Below, piece after piece: positions 12,105-24,739 of a DNA stretch of 64,000 nucleotides. The first letter of the stretch is position 1; each line of letters begins with the position of its first letter. Origin of the DNA: Mizuhopecten yessoensis (lineage: Eukaryota). Made by a program: the position numbers and the translations under genes. The stretch covers positions 59,655 to 123,654 of the forward strand of contig NW_018408747.1 of the NCBI RefSeq assembly GCF_002113885.1, written 5' to 3'. The notes beneath the pieces were generated by a model that saw nothing but the letters and a program-made list of their open reading frames with translations, had not been told where the DNA came from and did no database searches.

Positions 12105-13901
12105 ATGAACACCTATATATGTATGTGTTTGGCTTCATGCCTCTTGGTCGCTGTAAGCGCTGCAGGTAAGAATCATTTTACAAAATAATCAATTTTTGAT
12201 ATTATGTATGAAATATAATAAAAGCTGAATTTTGAAATAAAAAAATAAATTAAAGTATAAACTAGTAGACTTCCAACAGATTAAGATAGTAATACCTTTA
12301 TTTACATTGATTCTGTAATCATGAATTATCAATATGATTTTACAAATTTTAATGTATTTAAAAAAGCTTTGTACTTTTTGAAAATTTAGAAAAGCAAAAT
12401 GAAATAATAGTATGAAACAGGAGACTTCCATNCTTTGTACTTTTTGAAAATTTAGAAAAGCAAAATGAAATAATAGTATGAAACAGGAGACTTTCATAAA
12501 TTTAAAAATATCAATACCTTTATTTACATTGATTTTATAATAATGCATTATCAATATAACATTCCATAATTAAAATAGGTTTGTAAGTTCAGTTTGAAGC
12601 TTTTGTAATCATCATTTTATGGTATGACTTGACAATCTTTGGAATGGCGCATATTAATAATGAACAATAAATTATTTCATTAAAGATATATTTACTGTAA
12701 TCAAATGCTAATGTGATTTACGCAATATCTATTACTGACAGGATATGGAAATGGATTCGGAAACGGAAATGGTAACGGAAATGGCGGCGGAAATGGTAAC
12801 GGCAATGGCGCCGGAAAAGGATACGACAATGGCGCCGGAAACGGTTACGGCAATGGCGCCGGAAACGGATACGGCAATGGCGCCGGAAACGGATACGGTA
12901 ATGGCGCCAGTAACGGCGGTGGACGTAAGTTTTTATTTAATAAATTATCATATAAAACGAACAGAAAGTGATTCTGATAAATGATTTCAAGATTTATCAA
13001 ATAAACTACACTGAAAATAAATATCTTAAATAATTTGAGTGGATCACACTGTAAACTGTTGGTTTCTTAACCAATATATTTTTATGATAAGGATTTGTTG
13101 ATAATCTGTTTCAATATACACTGACTGGTGGGTCAGCCTATACACAAAGTAATACAATTTGCTGTTATAAAAACACATGTTGAAATATCTATGTTTAAAA
13201 TTTTTGATATTGTGTACTTTTTATTTCAGGTTACAGGAGAGCTGGTAAGTTTTCAACGTTTTTCATGCCTGATATTTTCAATTGGAGGTAGTTAAATATG
13301 AAGAGATATGTGATGAAAATTAGATTTTATAAAATAAAATGCAGAATAATCATTTTTATAACAGGAATATCAAATAATAAAGTGATGTTATCCGACATAA
13401 TGGTTTTTATAAGGTTACGGAGGTGGTGCCGGCTCTATGGGCGGAAGTTTCGGTGGCTCCGGAATGGGAGGCAACGGTGGATTCGGAGGAATGAATGGAG
13501 GCGGATTCGGAGGTATGAACGGAGGTGGATCCGGAGTAATGGGCGGTGGAATAGGAGGCAAAGGCGGATTCGGAGGAATGAACGGAGGCGGATTCGGAGG
13601 AATGGGCGGTGGAATGGGAGGCCAAAGTGGACTCGGAGGAATAAACGGAGGCGGATTCGGAGGAATGGGCGGTGGAATGGGAGGCCAAAGTGGATTCGGA
13701 GGAATGAACGGAGGCGGATTCGGAGGAATGGACGGTGGAATGGGAGGAGGAAAAGGTAATAATGAACATGTTTGATATATCTCAAACGAAGAAAAAAATC
13801 AGATACATGTATGTCGCTTTTAAAATATTTATTAATAACCGTATCATGTGCATTGTATTGATTATTAACCGAACTTCCTTTTTTCTCTTTCAGGTTACTA
13901 G
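12105..13901 (+). CDS. Abductin-family two-domain precursor (gene B, 202 aa): signal, Gly/Asn/Tyr repeats, RYRR, Gly/Met abductin domain
   Basis: Exons 12105-12165 ([20 protein letters not shown]), 12742-12924 (GYGNGFGNG...(GNGAGNGY)n...GGG), 13230-13244 (RYRRA), 13414-13755 (GYGGGAGSMGG...GGK) and 13894-13901 (GY*). All introns GT-AG, phase 1; 609 nt open frame; AATAAA at ~13936 and ~13952. Confidence 0.88.
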
Positions 13902-16900
13902 ATGACTTGCCTGTTCGTTAAATCTTACAGTTTATAATAAAATGGATTTAAAATAAAATATTCGGAGAGAAAACATTTGTTGCTTGTATATGTTAATGTC
14001 CTTTTAAAATGGTTAGGTTCCTATTGCTATTTGATAACTTATAATAACAAATGGTGAAAGACAGAGAACAAACTTGTAAATGCCATAACAATCAGATGCT
14101 TGTAAAAGTGATATATTAAGATTTAACAGCATCACAAACATTGATATTAGTTTGTCAATTGATTCAAACTCATATTGATGTTTGTATCAACATATCGAAA
14201 CTGAAATATTTCCCGGTATCGTGTTACACTTTCTTGTCACTTCCTACCTTTGACCGTAACCTTGCAGCATCAGACCTCTCATATCTCAGATATTCCATAT
14301 CTACACTTGTAACTTCAGCTTACAATATGATTTGTATCCCTCAAAACATCATACCGTGTTACTGAAATACCAAATTATATAAGATGACAACTTGTTTGCC
14401 TATAGTGCATTTGTCTATTTTAAATTTTATTGCAGTGTAATTAACTTTTGGCATAATGTACCGTATATATTACCAGGAGATAATGGAGCAATCACTTGTG
14501 TGTACAAATTGTAATGTTCTCCTCGATTCCTGTTCCCATATCATAGAAAAGTGTGATAACAGTTTTGATAATCAGTCGTTTCCATTAGAGACATATTTTC
14601 AAATGGCAAATACAAACACCTTTGTAGCTAACACTGTCAAGTACTTGTGATAGTAAGAAACCTGTCTCTGTGAGTGCATTGTGGTTATCTGACGTCCTTG
14701 ACAGCACTTTCCAAGAAAAAAAGTTAAACAAAAGTAGTTCAATGAACTATAAATTATTCATATTTGGACATAATGATATACAAATGATAACCTTGTCGTA
14801 TATAATATTATATAATAATGCCATTACAAATTTAAACGGCTTTTATTTCTTTGCTAGGTAACAGATGTTAACAATCACGTGATAAAACATCTTGTCTACA
14901 TTCGTGTTGATGTGCTATTTCTCTATTCAGGAAATCTTAATGATGATTGAAATCAACAAGATCGCGGCGTTATTGTAAAATCTCTTGTACATAATGTCTA
15001 TGTTCATTTGGCTTTCTGCTCGCTCAAGGCTGTTCTTGGGAAAAGGTAAATTTCCAACTTTTGAGTGGGAATTGAAAGTAAAATAAAATGGAATGGGTAG
15101 ATATTTGTCAATATCACTCATGTATCTAGAATATCCTGTAACTTGAAAATTTTCTGAAAGTGTGAATCAACTTGATATAATTTAGGTGGAAGTTGTTATA
15201 TTACTTCAAATGAATAACACATAAAGTCGATACTTCTCAAAGAAATAGTACAAAACGGTATTAACTAATTTCCAAACTGTTGTTGTTGTGTGTTTTTGAC
15301 TGTAATTGTTCATTGTTTCCCTCTACAATTTAAAACCAACATACTACTGTAGCTTTACACAAGTTCATATCTGTTGACACCTTGGCAGTAATTATCACTT
15401 CACCACAAAATTCTATTACTTACAAAAATGGTCGTTACGTTTTCTTCCCTCAAAATAATATTAGATATAACAGGTATATTGAAGCTATATAATATAGACT
15501 TTCCTTTGTACTTGTGTATCAGCTGTTCTGGTCTAGTATCTTGTTTCAGTGTGCTTACGCCGTTATGTAAGTCTCTTTTTCATGTATAGAACAACCAAAT
15601 GCTTTGTACAAATATGGCTTGAATTTATACACTGTTGAACGGTTAACTTGCATTCCATATAGTTGGCAGGTAACACTGTAATATAGATTGAGCTTATAAA
15701 AAGTTGTGTCGGTGTAATGGTTAAGAATATATGTAAATCTACGACATATAGGGCTACTACAGAAAAATAGCGACCATGTTGAACCCTTGAGCTATATTTT
15801 GATGTTTCTTTTACATACTATGTTAAATGAGTTATTTTGTCCCCGAACTTACGTTGTATACCTTATTCTGATATGGATAGCTAGAGATAAATTTCAAATA
15901 TATGAGAGTCCTGAAACTGCTTTTTTCGACGAACTGTTGAAATCATAGGCAAATGTTTGAAATTTCCCTACATTTTCTCCTCANTGAACCCTTGAGCTAT
16001 ATTTTGATGTTTCTTTTACATACTATGTTAAATGAGTTATTTTGTCCCCGAACTTACGTTGTATACCTTATTCTGATATGGATAGCTAGAGATAAATTTC
16101 AAATATATGAGAGTCCTGAAACTGCTTTTTTCGACGTACTGATGAAATCATAGGCAAATGTTTGAAATTTCCCTACATTTTCTCCTCGACCGGCGTTAGT
16201 GTTTTGAGATTACTGATTATAACTATTCCTTTGATTTACCGTTCTCTATAAAACACCTTTTATCAAAACACATAACCATAACGAAATTTACATTACTGAC
16301 ATCTCTTGTCTATAAAAAAATCCTTCTCAGCCATTTTCAGTCTTTCCTAGTTTTCCAGGACTTCTTTCCAGATCATGATGCTACATCCATTATTTCTGTA
16401 AATAACCATCGCCGACATAAACAAATATGCCATTATCTATAAAAAGACTAAACATATACTGCCATTTCCCTTCACTAACAAAAGTCTTTTGACCAAACTC
16501 AGTCTCAGAGAAGCAGCGATAACCTTCAATTCAACCGTTTTAATATAATATTCACATAGTTTTGAATAAAATGATCCTCGTTTACTTTGTCAGTTTTACT
16601 GTTCCCCATAAACACAAACAATTAATCATCTGGATTAGTAAAGCAATGACTATATAGTTGAATCGTAAGGGTAGAAGTTATTTTATGTTGTAAATACTGT
16701 GTGAATAGAAAAAAACAACTCATCAACACGTATGTAGTTAATATAATTCATCACGTGACTTCTGTTGTCTTTGCTAGTGCTTACAAATACGGCATGTGAT
16801 GAATAAGCACTCATCGTGTCTAGCCGTTCAGTCCGTCGTTCTTCTAATAACTGGACTATTTAGGCTAAATTGGTGTTTGTTTTGAATAGAAAAAAATAAC

Positions 16901-17861
16901 TCATCAACACGTATGTAGTTAATATAATTCATCACGTGACTTGTAACATGTGTTTCCTCCTGAAAGAAATAACAATAATCTCAATTTGTTTTATATACAA
17001 TTATATGCAGTAATATATATTCAAAACGTATATCATTTTATAAAAGTATGAATAATAAATTTTTCGTGTTCAACCAATCATTTCTATTGTCTTTACAAGT
17101 TCTTACAAAGACGTCATGTGATAAAAAAAGCACTCATCGTGTCTAGCCGTTCCATCCGTCGTCCTTCTAATAACTGGACTATTAAGGCTAAATTGGTGCG
17201 CGTTTTGAAGAGTGACTATTGGACAAACACGACTAATTTTGACACATTTTTCCATTTATTTATGCATACAAAACATGGTCTCATTATGTCTTATTAGGTA
17301 AGTTTCGATATCTATCAAGTTTTAGCATGTGTGTGAGAAGGGGGCCTAACAAGGTCCTAAATTGATGGGAACAGTGTTCTAAGAGAGTTGGTTGATATTC
17401 ATTTTGACAATCGTTTTTCCCTGTTTGAATAAAGATATTTTCAGTATTAGTGATCCTCTAGAATTAAGCAGATCATATTTTACTTCACGCTTGCCTCTTT
17501 CGTAATTGATTTATGCATCCATACACTACAACGAATGGAAAAAGGGTCACCCTCTATTGGGAATTGGCATCAGATTGACATAGGGTTTCCAAAGAGTTAA
17601 CACGAAATGGAATGTGTATGGAAGGTTTAAATAAGAAAATGAAGATTAAAACAAGGATATATATTTTCCTGCTTTGCTAGGTTAAATTATAATTAGTAAT
17701 AAAATATGAACATATTTTGTTCAACCAATCGTTGCCTCTGAAACTTGGGCCTGCTGACAGAGACCTATATATGCAAGATACACACACATGACCGTGCACC
17801 GTTCTCATTATAACACGAACCTATCTGTATTGGTCATATTGCTTTGTACTGGCCATACAAG

Positions 17862-18009
17862 ATGATGTCTCTGACAGAAACGACTGAGTATGACAACTTT
17901 GACCCGGAGTGCTACATGAAAACCCACGATTGGTCTACCTCTGAGGAAGAGGAAGAAAGGATCATATTTCAATTCAATGTGGATTTTATGCATGATCTTT
18001 TTAATTCAG
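17862..18009 (+). pseudogene. NNMT/INMT-family methyltransferase, orphan exon 1 (unit 1)
   Basis: Near-identical to exon 1 at 50703-50850, with donor at 18010. Exons 2 and 3 are absent: at ~19325 the sequence jumps to DNA that lies downstream of exon 3 in unit 2. Confidence 0.85.
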
Positions 18010-18080
18010 GTAATTGTGAGATAATATTATAGGACTCTTTTATGCCCAGGGGTGTATTGTAGGAAAATTCCGCCCGAGGG

Positions 18081-18827
18081 TTTTTGCGATCACTTTTTGT
18101 CCGTCGTCGTCCGTCGTGCGTCCGTAAACAATTTACATTTTCGACTTCTTCTTCAAAACCCCTGAACCAATATCAATGAAATTTTGCAGGAACCTTCCAT
18201 GGACAAAGGTCAACAAAACTAGTGGCCGGTTTAGTCCCAAGCCCACAGGGGCCTGAGGGGCGGGGCCAAAAAAGACTCGAATTGACTGAAATTTCAAAAA
18301 TCTTCTTCTCAAGACCCAGATATGGTAGAATCAAATACTCTTCATAGATGGAATGGACTTAAGGTGCTTTACCAAAAATGTGAATTTCATGACCCTGGGG
18401 TCTCACGTTTACCCCTGGGGAGGGGGTAAACTTTACTATAGTTTATTTCGGGAAGGAGGGGGGGATTTTTATTATGATTTATAATGGCAAATGATACTTT
18501 GAACATAACATGTTAATAACTTGATTGGAATTATGACATTGAGTTGACAGTTTGATACTTTGAAAAGTTTGAGCCAGCCCTACCCTCAAGGGCTGTAGGG
18601 TGGGGCCCAAATGAGTCAGTGTGCTAAAATGTCTTCATTTTCCTTGTTTAGAATCAGAGGTGCTAGTTTCAAATACTTTTTAGTCTTAAATCTGTATGCT
18701 AGATATTGAATAAGGTGGTTTTATTGTTTTTTGTCAATTTGAATAATATTTCTGTTCAATTTAAAAACAAAATCAACTCTCTGTATAAATATATCAGTTG
18801 ACCGTTAAGGCCCATGGGCCTCTTGTT
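18081..18827 (+). mobile_element. HINE/pearl-type element inserted in methyltransferase intron 1
   Basis: Absent from the paralogous sites in units 2 and 3. Starts in a T-run, contains (ccgtcgt)n, and ends with a ggcccatgggcc hairpin + tcttgtt. Confidence 0.75.
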
Positions 18828-19009
18828 ATCTCATTCCAACTACCAGAATACGATAAGATACCATGACAATGCGTTTTGATTGGCGAAAATTAAAGTATAA
18901 ACTACAAAATATAATACAGAAACATCGTTTTGACAAACAACTACATAATAAATATAAATATAAACCTTATTAATTTTACAACAATTATGAAACAAGTTAT
19001 TTCAACTTA

Positions 19010-19185
19010 TATTAATCACCCCGGATGTAAGCGTTCGTAGGGTCTTAATGTGGGAGAAACACTTGGAGAATCCAAGTGGTCGGGCAGATAATCCTATACC
19101 TTTCCGAGTCCGATAGGGGAATTGAAACCCGGTCGTCTTGGTAAAAGGCGAGTGCGCTATTCACTGCACCACCGCACCACCCGAC
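19010..19185 (-). mobile_element. tRNA-derived SINE (degenerate)
   Basis: Minus strand ggtggtgcagtgaatag (A-box-like) and gggtttcaattccc (B-box-like); related to the SINE at 43055-43282. Confidence 0.65.
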
Positions 19186-19419
19186 CCCCCCCCCCCNNNN
19201 NCTAACTACTACTTCGTCCATATTTTCAACTTGAGTTGTTTAAATCAACACTAAATGCTTATTCATAACAACGTGTTTAAGACTTATGATACTTCAGTAT
19301 CTATAACAAATATTGACTTTCTGTTACTATACTGCTAAAGCCCTCGGTCTGATATTGGGTCCTCGGGCTGATATGGCATATGATATGGTTTTAACCATGT
19401 AATATTCTCTGTTTATCAG

Positions 19420-20150
19420 AAAATTTGATATTAGTAGAATAACACAATTGCGACATCTCAACGAAGTGAATTGGAGTAGAAATACACTAAATCGACATCT
19501 CAGGCGATTTGATAGGAGTAGAGTTACACTATTGCGACATCTCAGGGAATTTGATAGGTGTAGAAATACACTATATTGACATCTCAGGTGATTTGATAGT
19601 TAGTAGAATAACAATATACGAGTAGAAATACACTAGTGTAATATCTATGGTAATTTAATAGGAGTAGATTTACACTATTGCGACATCTCAGGGGATTTGA
19701 TAGATGTAAAATAACAATATACGAGTAGAAATACACTAGCGTAATATCTCAGAAGTAAATAGGAGTAGAAATACACTATTGCGACATCTCATGTGATTTG
19801 ATACTAGTGTAGGAGTAGAATTACACTATATCGACATCGCAGGTGATTTTATAGTAGCAGAATTACACTATATCGACATCTCAGGTGATTTGGTAGAAGT
19901 AGAATTACACTATATCGACATCTCATGTGATTTGATAGGAGTAGAATAACAATAAACGAGTAGAAATACACTAGTGTAATATGTTAGGGAATTGGACAGG
20001 AGTAGAAATACATTATTGCGACATCTCAGGTGATTTAATAGGGGTAGACTAACTCTGTTGCGACATCTCATGTGATTTGATAGGAGTAGAGTTACACTGT
20101 TGCGACATCTCAGGTGATTTGATAGGAGTAGAATTACACTATTGCGACGT
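19420..20150. repeat. 42-bp minisatellite (unit 1)
   Basis: Unit ttgataggagtagaattacactattgcgacatctcaggtgat, about 17 degenerate copies; gives 14-aa periodic ORFs. Confidence 0.9.
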
Positions 20151-20379
20151 TTATTTGTCAAGTGGGATGACACTCCGTATAGCATTATCACTAATAGGCA
20201 TCCATTACACTTTCGCGGCTGTTACAAGGTCACAGTTACAGTGCGAAGATAACAAAACTGGGTCGATGACGATGAGGCGGTAATTCCCAGGTAATGACCG
20301 CTAGAGAAAACAGCCGGATACGACTGTTGCATAATAGCATTGTTTATTTATAAATATTATCAATATTTATATTATATAT

Positions 20380-21050
20380 GTAGAGGTTACACAACAAGTG
20401 ATTGTTGAATATGGTATTTATTTCACTCGCGTTAGTTAATTTTCAAAAGTTACAAAAGACACGAGTTTTAGATGAACTACTGTAAATATTGAGAGCATGC
20501 AATATTGCATTAATTAATATGAATTAACCACGGACTATATGCGCGTAAGCATATCGTACGAAGTCTGCCTCCCGCCAAGTGATGAAGACGAACTAATCGC
20601 TGTCAATATGTCCAAAACCATAGGCCTGGGACGTTTCTTCGTTAGGTTCTATGGTTGACGTTTATAGTGAGGGCTCGCCATAGACAGGCCCTCCAAATAT
20701 TGATAACGGGACATGGGGAGAACGTCTCTGGGTTTCACGACCTGGACACGCGACGGTATGCCGTCGAAACGATATCGAGCGTCTGTAGCAGATTTGCGTG
20801 AAACTAGCGATCATATCTTTAAGCATCATCCTCTTTTGGTATTGCCTTGATAACCCCTTTTCCCATCGCATAACCTCACAAAAGTCGCCAACATTTGCCG
20901 GATGTTGACAGCAGTCGACGTAAAGAAAACAGCACGCGGCCTAAAGCTCGTGAAAAAAGTCGTCCGGTCAAGGTTCATCTTTTTGACCAATCAAAACTAC
21001 GGAAGTTCATATACCACGTGTGGTGTATAACTCATATTTATTCAACAGTC
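20380..21050. mobile_element. Putative non-autonomous DNA element with imperfect subterminal inverted repeats (paralogue ~40820-41560)
   Basis: gattgttgaatatgg...ttcactcg at the left versus cacgtgtggtgtataactcata...ttcaacagtc at the right. No coding capacity; absent from unit 3. Confidence 0.35.
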
Positions 21051-22088
21051 TGCATGTTTATACAATGATATGAGAGTGGAGTAACACAACGTGTTGTGAT
21101 AGAAAAACTATTCTACACTTTTACCTTGCAAGTCTTACTCGAATCCTTGTCTTATGATTATGAAATTAGTTAAACCGACATGCATTTATGTGTTATATAT
21201 AGATATCTGCAGGTTTGTATATAGACTGTTTATAATGATTATCAGAGTTTGGTGACTGTCTTTATGCAGTTTGAATTTCTGGCAATTTAATATGTTTCAT
21301 GAAACACTTGGGGTTGGTATTATTATAATTGTAGCTTTAAATCAGTCTCTTGTAATCCATCCCCTTCATTCTTCAAAATTGTTATCATGTCAAAACATTT
21401 GCCAATGCATATCTATACATATCTATGTATGTATTTTTTGGTTTGGAGAAGACCTTAATATTGTGCAGTCAATTTTATTTCTTTATAAAATTTGTTGAAA
21501 TTTAAGAAACTCTTCTGGTTTTGATGGATCTGCACATCATCTTTGCAAGATATATAAATAATATGTACTCATGTGAATTCATTATGATACAAATCCGGCT
21601 GTTACGCAAAAAAGAAAATAAATTAAGTCGACCAGCAAACCAACGACATGAAAAGAAAAGGAAATTTATTGATTATCGATTTAGGATATACTTACTGTAA
21701 CTAAACCGGTTTATTGTTGCCTGGACCGCCTTTTAATTAATGGTTGTAGATTCATTAATATATGAATACAGATGTATTGATGTCTATGTAATCAAATGAT
21801 AGCTGGGTTTATAGGTCATGTCTTATTAACCAACATCCTCTGACAGACTAAAACCACACTTGTCTGGTGACTGTTAGCGTATTTGATTTTCAAATTTTAG
21901 CGGAACGAAGATGGTATGACTCATGAGCGCACTTTTATATTAGTGGAATCGCAGTAACTAAACTCCTTGGAACAAAAAAACAGTCTTTCCTTCACGTATG
22001 TATGCAATTGAGCTGTTGCCAGTAACTGTCGAGTGAAACCCTACACGTATGGTATGGATACCATGTGCTTTGTGGTCTGATTTTAGCA

Positions 22089-22437
22089 GAGGCACTGTAG
22101 TCCAGTGGTAGGACGCCAGGCTCATACACGAAGGGTTGCGGGTTCGAGTCACGTCACGGCACTGTGTTATACCTTTGAACAAGATACGTTACTCTGCTTG
22201 TTCCAGTCTTCTCAGTTGTAAATGAGTACGTGGTTGGGCAGTGCTGGAATTGTTGAATGCTACATGTAGCTGTGAGCGCCGACATGGCAGCCTCGGCTGT
22301 ATGCTCTCCAGGGAGTTGAGAAATATATTGGCTGGTTGCATAGACCCTATAACCACGGATGATAATTCGTGAACCGCTTTGAGACGACCTACGAACTAGG
22401 TTGTGTTAAAGCGGTAGTCAAATTGTAATTATCATTA
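22089..22437 (+). mobile_element. tRNA-derived CORE-type SINE with L2-like tail
   Basis: A-box tagtccagtgg, B-box ggttcgagtc, core-like ttgaacaagatac...ctcagttgtaaatgagtac, tail accgctttgag...aaagcg...attatcatta. Confidence 0.75.
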
Positions 22438-23299
22438 GTTTAGTTTTCGAGCTTAAGCAGGGGACAGGTACTTGTATTCGCGGACGAGATGTAGCGCGAA
22501 AGCCGCTAAATTTACATTACCGCCAAAATATGTACACTTTCAATATCTCAATATATAATAATTGCGACTTAACTCTGCAAATCTTGATCGAATGATACCT
22601 TTAATTACTTTAAATTGTAAAGAGTTATTATGTTATTAGCATGAGTGCAAAATTACGTTGATCTTCGTAAATTACAAATATCAAGTATGCATCTAGCAAC
22701 ATTTGTGCTTATGTTGATAAGTGTGATATCAGCGACCTGATTACTTTAAAAGTTTGCACACTTTCGGACCTGACTTGAATATATACACTGTGATAAATTT
22801 TCAGCTAGAAGCGTAAAAACCCGTGCACATCTGGATATTCTTGATTTGCTGTATATCGATTGATGCTGAGATTAAAGCCGGAGTGTGGCGAATGACTTAA
22901 ACAGGTATGAATCCTTGGTAATTTAATACTGTGTTAACACAGATGGTCGTGATTCAAATCTGTCCTATGGTCATTATCCCCCTTTTTGCTTCAATAAAAA
23001 ATGAGTATGCATAGCATTTATCGATTTATGTATACCTATACATATATGTGTATGTTTTTTCTAGCAAAGATATGCTTGATTTATTGTTAAGTCTGTTTTA
23101 GTTCTTAATAAAAATTGCATTAATATGTACTCTGTATATTTATATATTTCAAACAGAGCTGGTACGACTATATCAATGTGTGAATTAATACATGAATATT
23201 TATAAGGAAATATTAGACCGGAACACACAATGGTATGAACAGAAACAGAAATCTCTTTAAAGCGTATTGATGTAAGCAAGTTAGAACAATTCTGTAGAA

Positions 23300-23444
23300 G
23301 TCTATGTAGGTGGCGCAGTGGATAGGACACTCGTCTTTCACCAAGAAAGGGGTTCAATTTCCCGATCGGACGTGAGAAGACATCGGGTCACTTGCTCGGA
23401 AACGTAGGTATTTTTCGGGTACTCAAGTTTCCCCCCACACTTTG
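23300..23444 (+). mobile_element. tRNA-derived V-type SINE, 5' part (3' part resumes at 30051-~30140)
   Basis: A-box tggcgcagtgg, B-box ggttcaattt, V-domain-like ttttcgggtactcaagtttccccccac. Uninterrupted paralogues at 43055-43282 and 55615-55845. Confidence 0.75.
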
Positions 23445-24739
23445 TGTTAACGTATGCCGAACTATTAATTCATTTGCAATTGACAACAAAAGAGGATCTA
23501 CAAATATACTTTTATTTACAATATACAATATCTTTATAAGCATACTCTTTCACACTCACTAATAACTCTCATATAATTCTACATTGGACATATATATTAT
23601 GATTTACTTACATCTATAAATAGATAAATATATATATTATATTACACCTAAATCCCTAAATCTATAATATAATGAATAGTCGTTGTAGCTTCCCACACGA
23701 ACAGATCACAAAGTTCCGTTAATGTTAATTTCAATCCCGTTTTCTGGCAAACACAATCAGTAGCCAAACACTCTTGGAATGTCCTCCTGGTCAACTGGCA
23801 GATGACATCTATGGCTGAACTGTATCTCAGCTGCTGAAGTCACAGTTGCTGTGTCGGAGTTCAACTCCACTCAACTATTACCGGGCCTCCATACCAGAGT
23901 ATGTCACATCATGCTCCCAGCCTCCATAATAGAGTACTATGTCTCCATAACTAGGGAAAATTTCATCACGTTCCCTCCCCCTTGGATAATCATATCCATA
24001 TGTATAAGTCAGTTCATAAAACTGCTGTCTCAGTGCATCGTAGGTGGAAAACATGGACAATAACACCGTCGGCCATTACGGGTTTCCATACTTTTGTCCT
24101 CAGACAAAACTGACAGGTCTCTCACTGGGAAATAAGCTACAAAATATAAATAACACTAGTAACTACATAATTGTACACTATCATGTTACATATCTATAAT
24201 ATACGCTTTAAACATATTACTTATACAACATTCTGCAACATGCGTAAACACACCACGTCGCNTGCCATTGTGACTTTGTTTATTATAAATAAATAAGCCC
24301 CAATGATCCTTATTCAATATCTAAACAACTACCACACAAACCCATTCGCTCTCACTGCACTCCGTACAATTTCGCACCTGTTTACTATTTGAGAAATACC
24401 GTTTATTACACGGTCAAACATACACAGAATCAACAATATAACTCAGGAGATACACACAGATCTATCGATGATTAAAATATAACTTACCGTGAGCTGTATT
24501 TCACGCTAACTCCCGAATACTTCACAATAACAGAAGCAGTAATGAAAACAATGGTCACGCCATTACACCTGCCTTTCACACCTGTCCAAACAACTCTGCG
24601 CGTGCCCAGGTAAGTATAAAGTTGGCGCGCTTTTCTTTACCCGCGAAATACAAATACCAATAACCTACCTTTCCTATTTAATTCTCACTCATACTTACCG
24701 CATGGAATATAAAGTAACCTCAAATGTCGATATGTGACA
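23445..24739 (-). repeat. 3' LTR
   Basis: Near-identical direct repeat of 28713-30050; reads TGTCAC...GTTAACA on the minus strand; an 'n' gap at 24262 coincides with ~70 missing bases. Confidence 0.92.

Noticed and set aside
11959-12490. ~60-bp tandem duplications around n at 12018 and 12432 (also ~210 bp at 15985 and ~110 bp at 31684)
   Set aside because: Each flanks a single 'n' and is absent from paralogous units, which is typical of unmerged contig overlaps.
14900-16620. Coding-looking patches between the abductin and methyltransferase genes (and at ~5000-5500)
   Set aside because: Stops occur in all frames examined and no motif could be identified with confidence; a translated search against TE and protein databases would be needed.
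22089-22160. tRNA genes at SINE heads (also 23309, 41838, 43061, 55624)
   Set aside because: A and B boxes are present, but there is no complete cloverleaf and they continue into SINE core and tail sequence.
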